From Trichodelitschia bisporula (Eukaryota): 64,000 nt of DNA. Numbering within the stretch: position 1 is the first letter of the stretch; each line of letters starts with the position of its first letter. This document shows positions 1 to 12,903 of the stretch, piece after piece. Under the pieces are notes generated by a model. The model made no database searches. It saw only the letters and a list, made by a program, of their open reading frames with translations, and was not told where the DNA came from. The stretch lies in NCBI GenBank assembly GCA_010356995.1, contig ML996707.1, positions 248,001-312,000 on the forward strand. The letters are read 5' to 3'. The translations under genes were made by a program, and so were the position numbers.

Positions 1-305
1 TCTCGGTTTTCGCATTGCAGGTCCATTACCGGGCTGAGGAAGAGCACGTTGTTGAATTATCACCTCATTGGGCTCATTTCTTTCACCATGAAGGGAGGGA
101 GTCTGGGTGTTGTGGATAGAGGGTGGTATGCGCTGAGAGTACGATTTTGGGAGAGGATCGTGGGTTGGTGGGTGGGATCGAGAGTGTGAGTTTGGGGGGT
201 AATGTCTGGTCGTTAGGACTGAGGGACCGTTAGCGCTGGTCTAGAGCCGAGAAGCTAGAAGCTCAGCCTCGCGAGGCAGAGGACTACCGAGTCGTCGAAA
301 CGGAT

Positions 306-313
306 ATAAAAGA
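306..313 (+). promoter_or_regulatory. TATA box (TATAAAAG) of the fasciclin gene
   Basis: TATAAAAG about 100 nt upstream of ATG 405, followed by a C-rich leader. Confidence 0.6.
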
Positions 314-404
314 GCGTTACCATCTCACCTCCAGTATCCCAACCATCACTCTCCATTCCACACCTCCACACACCGCAGCTTCCTTCCCTCCATTCGCACC
401 AAAA

Positions 405-1372
405 ATGCAGCCCCTCACCCTCCTCCTCCTGGCCGCCACAGCCAGCGCCCAATCCCTCGCCTCAGTGCTCACCAACCCCGCCGTCTCCGAGCTCGCGGCG
501 GTGCTCAGCGCCTACCCTGCCATCGTCAAGACCCTGAGCGGCGCAAAGGACATCACGATCCTGGCCCCCGCCAACGGCGCCCGCGGGCTCCGCCAGTTGG
601 CCGGCGCGGCCAAGTACGAGAAATACGCGCCCGGGCTCACGGAGGCCACGTTGACTTACCACGTGCTCAAGGGCGCGATCCCCGCCTCCGCGGTCCCGGC
701 GAATGCGTTCGTTGAGACCCTGCTTACGAACGGGAATTACTCGGCTGTGACGGGGGGCCAGCGCGTGCAGGCCACGAAGAAGGATGGGAAGGTTGTGTTT
801 ATCTCAGGTGGAGGCGCGAAGTCGACTGTTACCGCGGCGGTGAGTAGGTTGGGGTGTTTTGGGACACGGGCTGACTTCGACAGGATATCAAGTTCGACGG
901 GGGGGTGATTCATCTGATTGACGCCGTGCTGCAGCCGCCGCAGGCACCCAGCATCGTCGCGCGCGCGGGCGGGCTGACGACCCTCGCCTCGACGCTGGCA
1001 TCGCAGGGGCTGGCGAAGACGGTGGATGGCTTGAAGGGGATTACGATCTTTGCGCCTACGAACGCGGCGTTCGATGCTGCGTCAGGCCTCATCGAGACAT
1101 TGTCCAAGGAGCAGTTGGCGGGTGCGCTGACGTACCATGTCGTCAAGGCTGTGGCGTACAGCACTGATGTCAAGGATGGGCTTGAGGTGCCGACTGTGCA
1201 GGGGAAGACGTTGAAGATTACCGTGAAGGGGGGGTCGGTGTATGTGAACAAGGCGAAGGTGATCAAGACGGATATTTTGACGAAGAACGGGGTTGTGCAT
1301 GTTATTGATGGGTAAGTGGTTCTTTCCTGGGAGGGGACGCTGGCTAACAGATGTAGTGTCCTGACGCCGTAA
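405..1372 (+). CDS. Secreted fasciclin (2x FAS1) domain protein; exons 405-839, 884-1311, 1357-1372
   Basis: Signal peptide MQPLTLLLLAATASA; two FAS1 repeats (TILAPAN...LTYHVL...GVIHLID and TIFAPTNAAF...LTYHVV...NGVVHVIDGVL); GT-AG introns 840-883 and 1312-1356 keep the frame. Confidence 0.92.
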
Positions 1373-1445
1373 ACGGTCGACGCGAAGGGGATGCTGGATA
1401 CTGGGTGATGGCCATTGGCTTGTATTCTGCTGTACATATCTCGCG

Positions 1446-2118
1446 CTACTTGATGTCCGCGCTGCTCACGACTGTGCCGAAACAGTCGGCCAATTCCAGT
1501 AGCACAATCTATTCCGTTAGTTTTACGTTCTCAACCATGCGGACTGCTTACCCTCGTGACCTCATCCCCCGACGCACCGGGGATATCCCGATCCCCAATC
1601 GCATCCCCAGCAATCACAACATCAAATCCCAACTGATACGCCTCGCGCGCCGTCGTCGATACACACACATGCGCCTAAAAACCAACCATCAGCCCCATCC
1701 CCACCCCGCGACCTCACCATAAACCTACCATATACCCAACCAGCACCACCTTCTTCACCCCCTTCCCCTCCAGTATCTCCTTCAACCCCGTCCCCGCAAA
1801 GCTCCCCGGAAACTTCTTGCTTACAACCGGCTCGCCTTCCCTCGGCGCCAGTTCGTCAAACTCCGCGGCCAGCGCCGTGCCGGGCGTAAACACAGGCGCG
1901 CCGTCCGGGACCTCGTGCGTGATGTGCACGACGTGCCCGCCCGCGGCACGGTACCGCTCTAGCAAAGTCTTTATGGCGGGCCGCGAGATGTCTAGGTTCG
2001 AGACTTTAAGGGCGCCGGTTGCGTATTCGTTTTGGGCGTCGATTATGAGGAGGGTGGAGTCGTTGGGGGAGGCGGTGGAGGGGGGAACGCCGAGGATATC
2101 GTTGCGGAAGGAGGGCAT
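1446..2118 (-). CDS. Isochorismatase-like cysteine hydrolase (3 exons)
   Basis: [17 protein letters not shown] and, after splicing, [14 protein letters not shown] (D-K-C triad motifs); last exon [20 protein letters not shown] ends at 1446. Confidence 0.9.
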
Positions 2119-2139
2119 GTTGAGGATCTTTTGGCTTTG

Positions 2140-2171
2140 TGATGGGTGATGGGTGATGGGTGATGGGTGAT
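2140..2171. repeat. (TGATGGG)4 tandem repeat in the isochorismatase 5' leader
   Basis: Four tandem copies read directly from the sequence. Confidence 0.9.
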
Positions 2172-2953
2172 GTTGGTTTCGTTGGTTGACGTGGTGATGT
2201 GGGGATGTAACCTTATGTACGGGCGTCATGCTGAGGGAGTTGAGTAATCATTCCTAGGCTAGTGATGCGGGGCTTGCGCGATCGGCTTGGATCTCACGGC
2301 ATCTTTGCGTGAGATCATGAAGGGATCCTTTCGTCCGCTGTGATCGGCGGGGTATTTGCCACAGCATCTGCCACAGCATCTGCGATGGGTATAGTTAGCG
2401 GGAGCGTCTGTCGAAGGCATCTGCTCTTTTGAATTCGGCTCATCCACCATGCTACTCGTACTAGTTCTAGTCTCCGCGTCGTCAAGAACGTCTCGTTGCG
2501 AAGCGCTTAATGGCATGAGATTGACAGTACTGTCTACAAAAAGCGGAGAAGTGGAAGGAGACATTTAGCATGAATCGAATGAATGAGGACGAAGGTTCAG
2601 GATGAACTCGTACGGCGGTAACGCCTCGTGTACTCGTAGAGGGCGCTTTCCAGAACAACAAGTGGAGCTTCTACGAGCCAGATTAGCAGCACTGTGCCAC
2701 TCTAGACCAGAATTCATCGTGAAATGGTCGCCGATGGCAGAACAAGCTCTGCCCGAGTATGTTGGAACGTGACGGTGATGGTGTTGGCCATCGACGTCAA
2801 GGATTCCAAGGCGGTGGCGTTGTGGGGCCGCGCTAACCTTGACGCCCCGCGTGGGAGACGCGCGTCTGCGAAGAAAAATCCCAGCCTTCTCGACTTCACC
2901 TCCCCGCAACAACACAGCAAACCCTCAATTGACGCTCCCCTCAACTCTCCACC

Positions 2954-5317
2954 ATGGACTTCCACGACGAGCAACCGCGCAAACGCGTCCGGCTCGACAG
3001 TCCCTCGGCACAAACACCTGCAACCACCACGCCCGTCCACGAACCTATACCGGCAGCCACCAGCCCCGCACTGTCCGCGCCCGTAGACGCTGAAATGGCG
3101 GACGCGGGCTTAGCCGTACAGAATCCCGATGCCGCTGTGCCAGACCCCGATGCCGCGCTGCTGGAGCGCGAGATCAAGGCTGGGATCACGGCTTATGTGA
3201 ATCCGGCGGCGAAGGGCTTCTCTGGCGTCTTGAAGCAGAGGCAAGTTGGGCTGTGAGATGAATTTATGTGTAGTGCTGACTGGACCGGAGGGTGCAGGTA
3301 TACGGACTTTTTGGTAAATGAAATCCTACCGTCGGGTAAGGTGCTGCATCTTGAGAGTTTGGATATGACGGTTTCGAAGCCTGCGGCGGCTGTGGAGGGG
3401 AAGCCGGAGGTTAAGGAGGAAGTAAAGGCGGAGCCGAAGCCAGAAGCGAAACCTGAGGTAGAAGGAGACGAAGGCACGGCCGTTCCAGAGGTAAGTTGCT
3501 CGTGCTTGCTTTCACACTGTGCTCAAAGCAGCTAGATTCCCCTGGAGCAAGTCGCCGAGCTGCAAGCCATCTTCGGCGAAGAGAACACCGTTTCCCTCAT
3601 CAAGCTCTTCGGCCTGTCCTGGAAGAATCCATCCGCAAAGCGCGGCTCCTTCTTCACCATCACATCCCCCGTCATCGAAGACAAAGAAGACCGCACAAAA
3701 GCCCACCAAGCCGTCCGCCGCATCCTGCACAACAAACTCGAAACAGTCACCGCCGACGACAACACCATAACCGTGACCAAAGCCGCCCCCCCCGCAAAAC
3801 GCAACGGAGCAAAATGGCAACGCAACCAAGTCGGCAACAACCGCGCCCGCGGCAAGCTAGCATGGTCAGATCTAGGCGGCGAATACCTGCACTTCACGCT
3901 GTACAAGGAGAACAAGGACACGATGGAAGTCATCTACTATCTCGCCAGCCAGATGAAGCTAGCAGCAAAACACTTCTCCTTCGCCGGCACCAAGGACCGC
4001 CGCGCCGTCACCGTGCAGCGCGTCTGCGCCTTCCGCGTCGAGGCCGCGCGCCTCGCCGGCCTGAGCACCAACCTGCGCAACGCGTACATCGGTGGCTTCA
4101 AGTACGAGCCGCACGGGCTCTCCCTCGGCGATCTAGCAGGCAACGAATTCCGCATCACGTTGCGCGACTGCACCTTCCCGGGCGATGAGGGCCTGACCTC
4201 CATCGACGCGCTCCTGCAGCACGCGCGCGCCATCGTCGAAACAGCTGTTAATAGTTTCCAAAACCAAGGCTTCATAAATTACTACGGGCTCCAACGCTTC
4301 GGCTCCTTCTCCCTCGGTACCGACGAGGTGGGCAAGCGCCTCCTAAACGAAGACCTCGCCGGCGCCATCTCCGCAATCCTGCAATTCAGTCCCCGCGCCC
4401 TGGCCGCTGCTCAGGGCGAACCCGTCGCCGCGCTCATTAGCTCCGATGACCGCGCCCGCGCGCTCGGGATACACACCTGGCGCACGACTGGCCGCGCGGC
4501 TGAGGCGCTAGACCTCATCCCGCGCAAATTTACGGCGGAGCGGAATATTATCAGTCATCTTGGGCTCAAAGGACGGACCGGTGACTTCCAGGGCGCGCTG
4601 GGGAATGTGCCCCGCAATTTGAGGCTGATGTATGTGCATGCGTATCAGAGTTTGGTTTGGAATACGGTTGCGGGCCGACGGTGGGAGGTGTATGGGGGAC
4701 GGGTGGTGGAGGGGGATCTTGTTATTGTGGGTGAGAAGGATGGCGGTGTGGATGAGCCGGAGGTGGATGATGAGGGCGAGGTAATTGTCCGGCCTGGGGC
4801 GGAGGATCGCGCAACCGGTGATGCGGACTTTGTGCGTGCGCGCCCGTTGAGTAAGGATGAGGCGGAGAGCGGGACGTGGGATGTGTTCGACATTGTGCTT
4901 CCGCTGCCGGGGTGGGATGTTGTATACCCTGCGAACGAGATCGGGGCTTTTTACAAGGAGTTTATGGGGAGTGAAACGGGTGGGGGTTTGGATCCGCATA
5001 ATATGCGGCGCCGGTGGAAGGATATTAGCCTCAGTGGCGGGTACCGCAAGGTGCTGGCGAGGCCGCGCGAGCGGGTCGAGTGGGAGGTCAAAGCGTATGG
5101 GGATGCGAATGAGCAGCTGGTGAGCACGGATTTGGATGCCATCCCCGGGGCGCCGCGGAGGCAGGAGCAGACGGTTCAGGAAGGGGCGAACGAAAGGATT
5201 GCGGTGGTCCTGAGGATGCAGCTGGGGAGCAGTCAGTATGCCACCATGGCGCTGCGCGAGATGATGAAGGCGGGTGGTGTCAAGAGCTATGCGGCGGATT
5301 ATGGGAGTGGGCGGTGA
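2954..5317 (+). CDS. PUS7: Multisubstrate pseudouridine synthase 7 (TruD family), 3 exons
   Basis: GVLKQR|YTDFLVNEI, LYKENKDT, catalytic FAGTKDRRAVTVQ, GNEFRITLR, FINYYGLQRFG, YVHAYQS, YATMALRE. Confidence 0.96.
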
Positions 5318-5941
5318 GGGTGAGGGCGGGCGGTGACGATGGGGGGATATGTGATAAGGGAAAGGGATCTGGATTGGTGTCTTGCTTCCGCGATGCGCGA
5401 ACGCGGGTTTCTGCCGATGTGTGGCGCGTTCTGACGGGGTACATGGCTCGGCATATCCGAACCCGAGCATACCAGACGTGTCGAGCTGAGCAAATGCCTG
5501 GGCCAAGTTATGCAATTGAAGGTCCCCAGATCATGATCTCCGCCCGACCGCCGGCCACCTCCCACCTCCCCTGAACCATACCCCCCCTCCCAACCCCAAT
5601 CCACCCCGGACCACGCCCCTCCGCCTCTACGAAACAAATATAGCCCGCATCCCCGGATCACCACGGGACTAGTCTCTCCTCGTCTCGCCTTGCCCCGCCT
5701 CGCACGGCTCGGTCCCTAGCCGGGCTCCGGGTAGATATGGTCCGTGGAAAGGAAAGGGCGTGCATAACACGGAAATGGATAGGATGGTGCAAAGAAAGAA
5801 AGATTGCCCATCCCAAGCGCCGTCTATCTAGTTATGCCAACGAGTGGTCTACGCCCGAGTGCGCCCATCCGCCCGCCCACCACCCATCATCCACTCCCGG
5901 CACCAAAACCCCCCAGCACCAATTCCCCCTCCCCGTCGCAC

Positions 5942-8730
5942 CTACGCCTTCTCCTCCACCCTCCCCCCCTCCACATCCCCGCCGAGATACCTATACCCCA
6001 ACCCCCTGGCCTCATCCTCCCCCCTAACCCTCACGATCTGCTCATCCTCCGGCAGCACATCCAACGAGCTATCCTCAACCCAAACCCCGTCCCGCACCTC
6101 CCACACCAGGCCCTTCGTCGGCCGTTCCGCCGTAACCCTTATGACATCCCCGTCCCTCACTGCCTTCACGTTCCGATCGGCAAAGTCGAGGTACTTAAGC
6201 GGCTGCGGCCAGTCCGCATCCCGCGCAACGAGTGTATCACTGATCCACACCCGCGCGGCAAGGACGTGCGGCTCCGTCGTCGCATGATCGATAACGCCGG
6301 TAGCAACCAGCGTAGTCCCATTCGGCACCAACGCCCCCTCCCACACCACCGTCTCCCGCACCTCCTTCCCAGTACGCACACTCACAAATCTAACCTGCAC
6401 CCTCGCCCGCACCCCCTCCGCCCTCCTCGACACAACCCAACACTCCCACTTACTCGTTTTCGGGGGTCGGGCATGGACCACACTCCAATCGCTGTGCTCA
6501 CGTTGGATACCAACAGCCACAGGCGCGAGCACGCGGCGCAGCGCATAGAAGGCCGGTTTAGGCCTGAGGTAGAAATCGACGATGGACCAGGAGGTCACGG
6601 GCCAGCAGTCGTTGAGTTGCCAGACGAGGGCGCCGCCACAGCCGCGAGAGTTAGGGAGGGAACCCCATTGGCGGCGCCAGCCGCGGTAGCCGAAGGTTAG
6701 GGCTTCGGATTGGGAGAGTTGGGTTAGGTGGATGAAACGCTGCGGGGGGGAGGGGGGATCAGCTAGGTGTCTTTCTTTTTGGTGGGGAAAGGGCGGGAAG
6801 TGGGACGTACCTCGAGGTCCGTCACCGTGCGGAAGTTCTCAACCAAATAAGTCGCAATCCGGCGCTCATGCCCATCAGCCTTGTTATGGAAGTCGAGCAT
6901 GTGACTCTGCGGGTACAGTTGAGCTGGATCCGTGCAGTAGGCCTTTATGGTAGCGATGTGGGGGAAGGCTTCCATGCCGAATTCGGAGTTGAAGCGCCCG
7001 CCGAGGGTGTCGAAGATTTGGTATTTTTCCTGCGTGCCATGCCAGACGTTCCACTGGTGCATGTCGCCGACGTTGCGGTTCGAGGTTATCAGCCCGTCGC
7101 CCCACGGGCTGCCGGGGTGGTAGGGGATGTGCGGCGCTTCCTTCTGCACGATGTCGGGGAGGATCTGGAGGGGTCAGCTTTGTCTGGACTAGGGGCTGGA
7201 GAGCGTACCTTCTCATAGATGTACCGCGCGGGGAAATCGGTCTTGAGCCAGTCGGTGGGATCCTTGTCGGCGTAGTTGTATGTGAGCCCGAACTGTTCCT
7301 GTACTTGATAGTCCTCATTGTTGCCGGCGAAGATGACGATGGACGGGTGGTGTCGGATGCGCCGCACGTTCTCTGCTGATTCCTTGTCCACGGATGCCAG
7401 GTACTCGGGAAAGGCGGGATAGTTGCCGCAGCCGAACATAAAGTCCTGCCAGACGAGAATGCCCAGCTCATCGCACAAGTCGTAGAACACGTCTTCCTCC
7501 CAGATGCCCCCTCCCCAAATCCTCCCTCGTCAGCAAAGCCCCTCAAGCAATAAACAAACAACCATACCTAATCATAACCTGATTCCCATCAACCATCAAC
7601 TGCAACCATTTCCTATACCTCTCAGCACAAATCCGCGGCGTGAAACTATCCGCCGGAATCCAATCCGACCCCCCACAAAACACATCCCCGCCATTCACAC
7701 GGAAGAAAAACGACTTCCCAATCCCATCCTCCTGCTGCACGAGCTCCGCCCTCCGGAACCCAATCCGGCGGTACGTGGTATGCAGATCCGTCTCGCCCGC
7801 CGCCGCGGTCGCAATGAAATCATACAGCGGCTGACCGCCATACCCGTGCGGAAACCACGGCTGCACGGCGGGGATGCTAAACTCTATTTTCGCAAAGCCG
7901 CCGGTTACAGGAGCTGACTGGGTGAAGATCACGTTCGTGGCCCGCTGGATGGTGAAGTTGACGAGCGTGCCTGGCGCTGCGCCCTCGACGCGCGCGACGA
8001 TGGTCCCGGTTGCCGACTTCAGGTCGGAGGAGAGCGTGTAGTCGATTCGCAGGTCCGTGATGCGCGTTTGATAGATTTCGACTCGGACTGGGCGCCACGG
8101 TCCGCTGGGGCAAAGAATCGGCCCCCAGTCCCACCCCCTGGACGGTTAGTAGTGGCGTGGTTAGGGAGTAGGAGCATACCAGTGGTACTGCGCCTTCCGC
8201 ACTGCCAGCCGCGCCATGTCGCCGTTGAACCCAACCCACTTGTGCTCCGGGTGAGCATCCTTGATGGCGCGGGCGCGCTTGAACGCGCAGTCGAAGTCGA
8301 TCTCGAGCACGTTCTTGGACCCGTAGTCTAGGCGGGCGGTGACGTCGACGTGGTGGGCGAGGAACATGTTGTCCGAGGTTAAGATGGGGCTGCCGTTTAG
8401 CTTCACGGTTGCGAATGTGTCGAGTCCGTCAAAGGCGAGAGCTACGGTCGTGCCTTTCTCCGGCTTCGTGATGTCGGGAAGCACGGTTCGGTACGTCCAT
8501 GCCGCCTCGCCGACCCACTCGCACTTGAGTTCGTTGAAGCCGAGGAAAGGATCCGGAATCCTGCGTCGTCAGTAACAGCTAAACGGAAAAACATATACAT
8601 ACTTATCGTTCGCGAGCAGGTCAATATGTACATTCGTCGGAACCCGCGCCACAGGAAGCCAGGCATCGTCACCCTCCTCCGTCTGCTTAAACTCCCAACC
8701 AGCCGTCAACTCGTGCACATTGAAAGCCAT
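5942..8730 (-). CDS. Beta-mannosidase, GH2 family, no signal peptide (multi-exon)
   Basis: FDGLDTFATV, RKAQYHWGWDWGP (spliced), GSDWIPADSF, WQDFMFGC, GNNED acid/base motif, GDMHQWNVWHG, FNSEFG nucleophile motif, WQLNDCWP. Confidence 0.95.
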
Positions 8731-11000
8731 GATGATCAACAAAGCGATGTATCCGATCCGTACCACGGGGAGACGAGGTAGCCGGACCCTGATATACAGG
8801 CCAGGCGGCCACTCGGGCGTAAGCCCTTCTCGACATAGGGCGCCGGGCTAGCACCAGCAGGCAAGGGCATGGCAAAGAGAGGGAATGGGTGACGCCTCGT
8901 TCGGGACGATCAAGGCTTCCGGTTTGAGAGCTTGTGTGGTACATGGATTGCACGACAACTCGCAGCGGAGACCGACGGCGGCCCGAGCAGCGACTGCGCA
9001 AAAGCCCTCGTTCGAACCCCTCCATCCCATCACTCTCTCCCCACTGGCCCCTCTACACCCCGAACATCATTGACAGCACTCGAACCTCCGCGGAGGGCAA
9101 TTTCCTGTCCAAATGAGGCATAGGCTCCCGAGCGTCCCGGCGCATTCGCAAAGAGCACGTATTTGCTCTGAGGACGAATATACACTCAATGACCAGACGT
9201 CGAACCTGCTCACCGAAGCCGCGAAGCATCAAAACCCGGATATGCCATGCCGGCCGCCGCTATTCGCGCATCGCCTCTGCTAGCACAAAAGTCAATCTGG
9301 TCTACCGGATCTCCCATCGTTAACTTGCCCAGCTACACGTCAAATATGTGAAATGCTAAGCAACGCAGCGCGGCCAGTGCTCGCGCCCGCACGGCCTTAT
9401 CTCCTGTAATTTCGCATGGTGGGTGCGTCCGCGCGAAGGCAATGTAGACATGGTATGTGCGAACGCAGGCCCAGCGTCCGTCCGAGGTAGTCGCTTCTTT
9501 CAATTTTCGCATAGTAGCCGCTCGCGGCTGCGCGCATATGGCTCTTCGTGCTCGTGATGACCGCTCGTCTGACCCCGGCCCGGAGCGAAGCTGTTCTTCA
9601 GATCTTCCCAGATTATATAGTGGGCAATACCGCGCAGCCGCGCTGGGTCGAGAATGCTCCTTCGGTCGACGTGGGGATCACATCTTGTCTGCAGCCTGGG
9701 TCGAGCAAAACACCGCCGAAGCATAGTTTCGAAACATAGCTGCCAAACCCACGCTCCATGCTATATGGAACCGCAAACAGCAGGGTCGAACCCGCAGCAC
9801 CTCAAACACTCCCATCTTTCACTGCTCACACAAGGCTAACCGGTCCGTCAAACAGCCTCCGAGTCAGAAAAGCACCCCAAAACTCGCCGCTAGGGCAGCA
9901 CTGCGTCAATTATCACAAGCAGTATGCATCTCTCCCCCCACCATCTATAACCACAGCGTCGCCCAGCCCAACTGCACAATGCGGGGTCGGCATTCGCCCG
10001 TCGATGGCCGATAGGTGGGATACGACAACGGGAGTGCAGCAGGGCGAGCCCACGGGAGCGCGCGCGGGACGGGACACCACTCGCACGAAGCACGAAGTAC
10101 GATAGGCGGGGCATGTGCGGCAGCATAGGGCACCACACGCATGATGTATCGCGCGCCCCGCGCTGGTGCGACTTCGAGCCGCGCGCGGGACCTATGAGCG
10201 GCATCGCGCGCGGCATTCTTCATTTATCCGGCACGGCAGGCGTGCTAATGACGTTGCCGTCCCGTGACGGCGTCGGCGGCGACCGCGACGAGCATGCCGG
10301 CGAGAGGCTTAGGTCGTGATGTAGTGTTTGACAGCGGCGGGCGGGATTTTTCCGGCGCGTGCTGGTCGGGGGTTGGTGGGGTGCGGCGGTTTGTGTCGGG
10401 GGTAGATGAGGCAGATGACGGGGTGTGGTTCGAGGTGTCGGTGCGGTGGGTGTTGGCACACCGCTTGTGCCTCGCTGGTGATGGGGTGGGATAAGGGTTG
10501 GGATGTGGTGGTGGACGGACGGCGATGATCGTGGTTCGAAGGAACTGGACGATCTGCCAAGGTATGCCAAGGTCAGGCTGGGGACGACACTGGAACATCG
10601 TCAGCGGTGAGGGGAGGATGAGGTAGCGCTGTGGGAGGAGGTATGACGATTAGGGCTGGGTATTTGAGGTGCGGTTGGGCGCGCATCTGGCGGGTTCGAT
10701 CGATGGTTGTCTCGCAAATGCTACAGCGCGTGACGAGGCTGAAGCGCCATGGCTGAATGCGTGTACACAAAGGACTTGGCTGTGAAGAGCTTGTGAGAAT
10801 TCCGGGTTAAACTGCTCGGGAATGGGTCATCCCGTTTGACTATACATCGGCACCGTTCAAGTGGAGATAGATTGGCCGCTTCACTTCTCAATCAAAATCA
10901 TCACGGTTGATGGGAGCAGGACCACGGCACGCGTACAACGAGTGCATGATTGAGAGTACGAAGAAAGACGAAGAGTAAGAAAGGCGGGCGGTGGAGCCGC

Positions 11001-12037
11001 TCATATTAAGATACAATGCTTGTCACGTATCCTCCTTCTAAGCTGATCCAAGGTTTTTCCAGTCTTGCCGTTTGCCGCTTCCCCAGGCAGTCCGGCCAGT
11101 ATTATTTGTGGTGTCGTCGAACTTGCGTTGGAGGTAGTCCATGGTTGTTGCGCTCTAGTTGTAGTTGACGATAGTGGTTTGGAGTGACGAAGGAATTGCA
11201 CCGCTAAGAATCCCAAATGCCTCCTTATCCTTTTAATCCCATTTCGTTGGTTCTTTGCCGATGGCTTCCATGGTCGTTCGTGAGGAATTTCGAGGCAGTA
11301 CCGGTCCTGGATAGGCGTGGTTGACAACCCCCAAGAGTCCTTCCGTGGGTAGTGCAGCCAGAGATCTCGGTCTCTGTATAGGTCCGCCCAGGACTCAGAC
11401 ACGCCCACCTCTAGGGTAGCCACCAGCGGCCACTGGGCTTTGGCCTCGGCAATTGTGATCTGCGCCATCCATGTGGCCCATGTTGTGCCTTACTCCCCTA
11501 GGCAGACGTAGGTGACGGCGGGATAGTTCTCCCCAGCGTCGACGATGGCGATGTGTCGTTCATGCAGCTTCTCGTAGCGTTGAGATTGGATTTGCACATC
11601 GACCATGCGGACTGTACCGGCGCCCCTTGGGGCTGCGTCCCCGTACCCGCTGAAGGCACCAGAACAGGGCCTGTAGTCGTAAACCGAGAGGCTATGTCCT
11701 GGTCGATTGCCTTGCGGTGTTTTACCGGCTGGCCGCGAGAGCGCCGCTGGATGGTGTGGAACTCCGCAAGAGTCGTCTGCTTCCAGCAGTCCTGAGCCTG
11801 GATAGAGTCGTAGAACTGTAGGAGATCGAAACGAGCATCGGGGTCGTTCTTCTTCGGGTGGAGCTCATTGGCGCGGAGCTCACGATACCGCTTGGAGGAG
11901 TGCCGAGTCCGACGTGGCAAGAATTGTAGAGTGACTTGGTGTCCTCCTTTTCTGATAAAACTTCGCGCGGCGCTTGGAGGTGATGTGGGGAAGGAACACC
12001 AGGTGTAATAACGAGCATGCCTTACGCATTGCCTCAT
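11001..12037 (-). pseudogene. Possible degraded gene with a PD-(D/E)XK/Uma2-like nuclease motif
   Basis: WPLVATLEVGVSESWADLYRDRDLWL (11355-11432) resembles the fungal 'WPxLVxEVGVSESxxxLxxDxxxWL' motif; neighbouring frames are broken by stops with no clear introns. Confidence 0.35.
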
Positions 12038-12903
12038 GGAGCAGGCTTATCTGTACATCTTAGCAAGAGCCTATCAATACATGGTAGGAGGCAGGGGCCG
12101 GTAAACACTAACGGTTGAGAAGGGGGCTCTGAGAGAGGCTTGTACTTAGCGTGTGGGTTCCCGGACCCAGTTAGTTTGAGTGTCTTCAACTTTTGCTTTT
12201 ACTTCCCATCACTGCTCGTGACGCTGTCGTTCCACACCAGGAGGTCCGTCGTGACAACGTGGTCGTCCGTCATCTGCCCGATGATCTCCGGAATCCAGAG
12301 CTTCCGTGTGAGGCCCCTGATTTGCGTCTCCAATGATGACCAGTGTGCTGACGTTTGGAGGACGATATTGTTACCCTAATCGATGGTCGTTGGACGTGAG
12401 GCCTGCATGCCGAAATAGAAGAAGTATGCAATGACTCCTACGGTCGATGAGCGCTGGCACATCTGGGTAGACGAACGATGACAAGTCTCATGCCCTTTGG
12501 CGAAAGATGGTTGATGTTGATGGGTGATTTGATTGATGAAGCTCAAGAATGAGCATTTGAAGGAGGTTGAGATGAACAGAAACAGCTGCCGATGTGTCGA
12601 GAATGAGGTGACGTCGTCCTGATGTCGTAAGTCGTCCCTTCCGGACGTGGTTTGGAGACAAAGGTGGGCCCCGATTGTCTGATGGCGCAGCCGAGTCAAA
12701 GAGGAAGCAATGCCTCACGCCCCGCCTTCCCCACGACTAGGATCTCAAGTATCGTCAATGCTCCAGATTCAATAATCTGCCAGGTAGGTTTATATTAAGA
12801 AAGCTGCATACCATCTGCCCACGAACGGCACCAGCACCTCCCGCTCATAACCTTAAAAAAGCCATCGCTGGTAATGTAAGATACAAAGAACCGTCCAATC
12901 GCC

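Noticed and set aside
1..230. Start of a minus-strand gene running off the left edge (ATG near 89 or 26)
   Set aside because: The skew is suggestive but too little sequence is present to support a call.
4508..6700. Long antisense ORFs (4508-5515, 5804-6700; likewise 30129-30974 and 62238-63005)
   Set aside because: They are shadows of GC-rich coding sequence on the opposite strand, with no recognisable motifs.
8770..12800. Telomerase RNA, RNase P/MRP, SRP or snRNA in the large intergenic gaps
   Set aside because: By eye I found no full CTAACCCTAA template and no P4, ACAGAGA or U5 loop I cores; a covariance-model search would be needed to exclude them.
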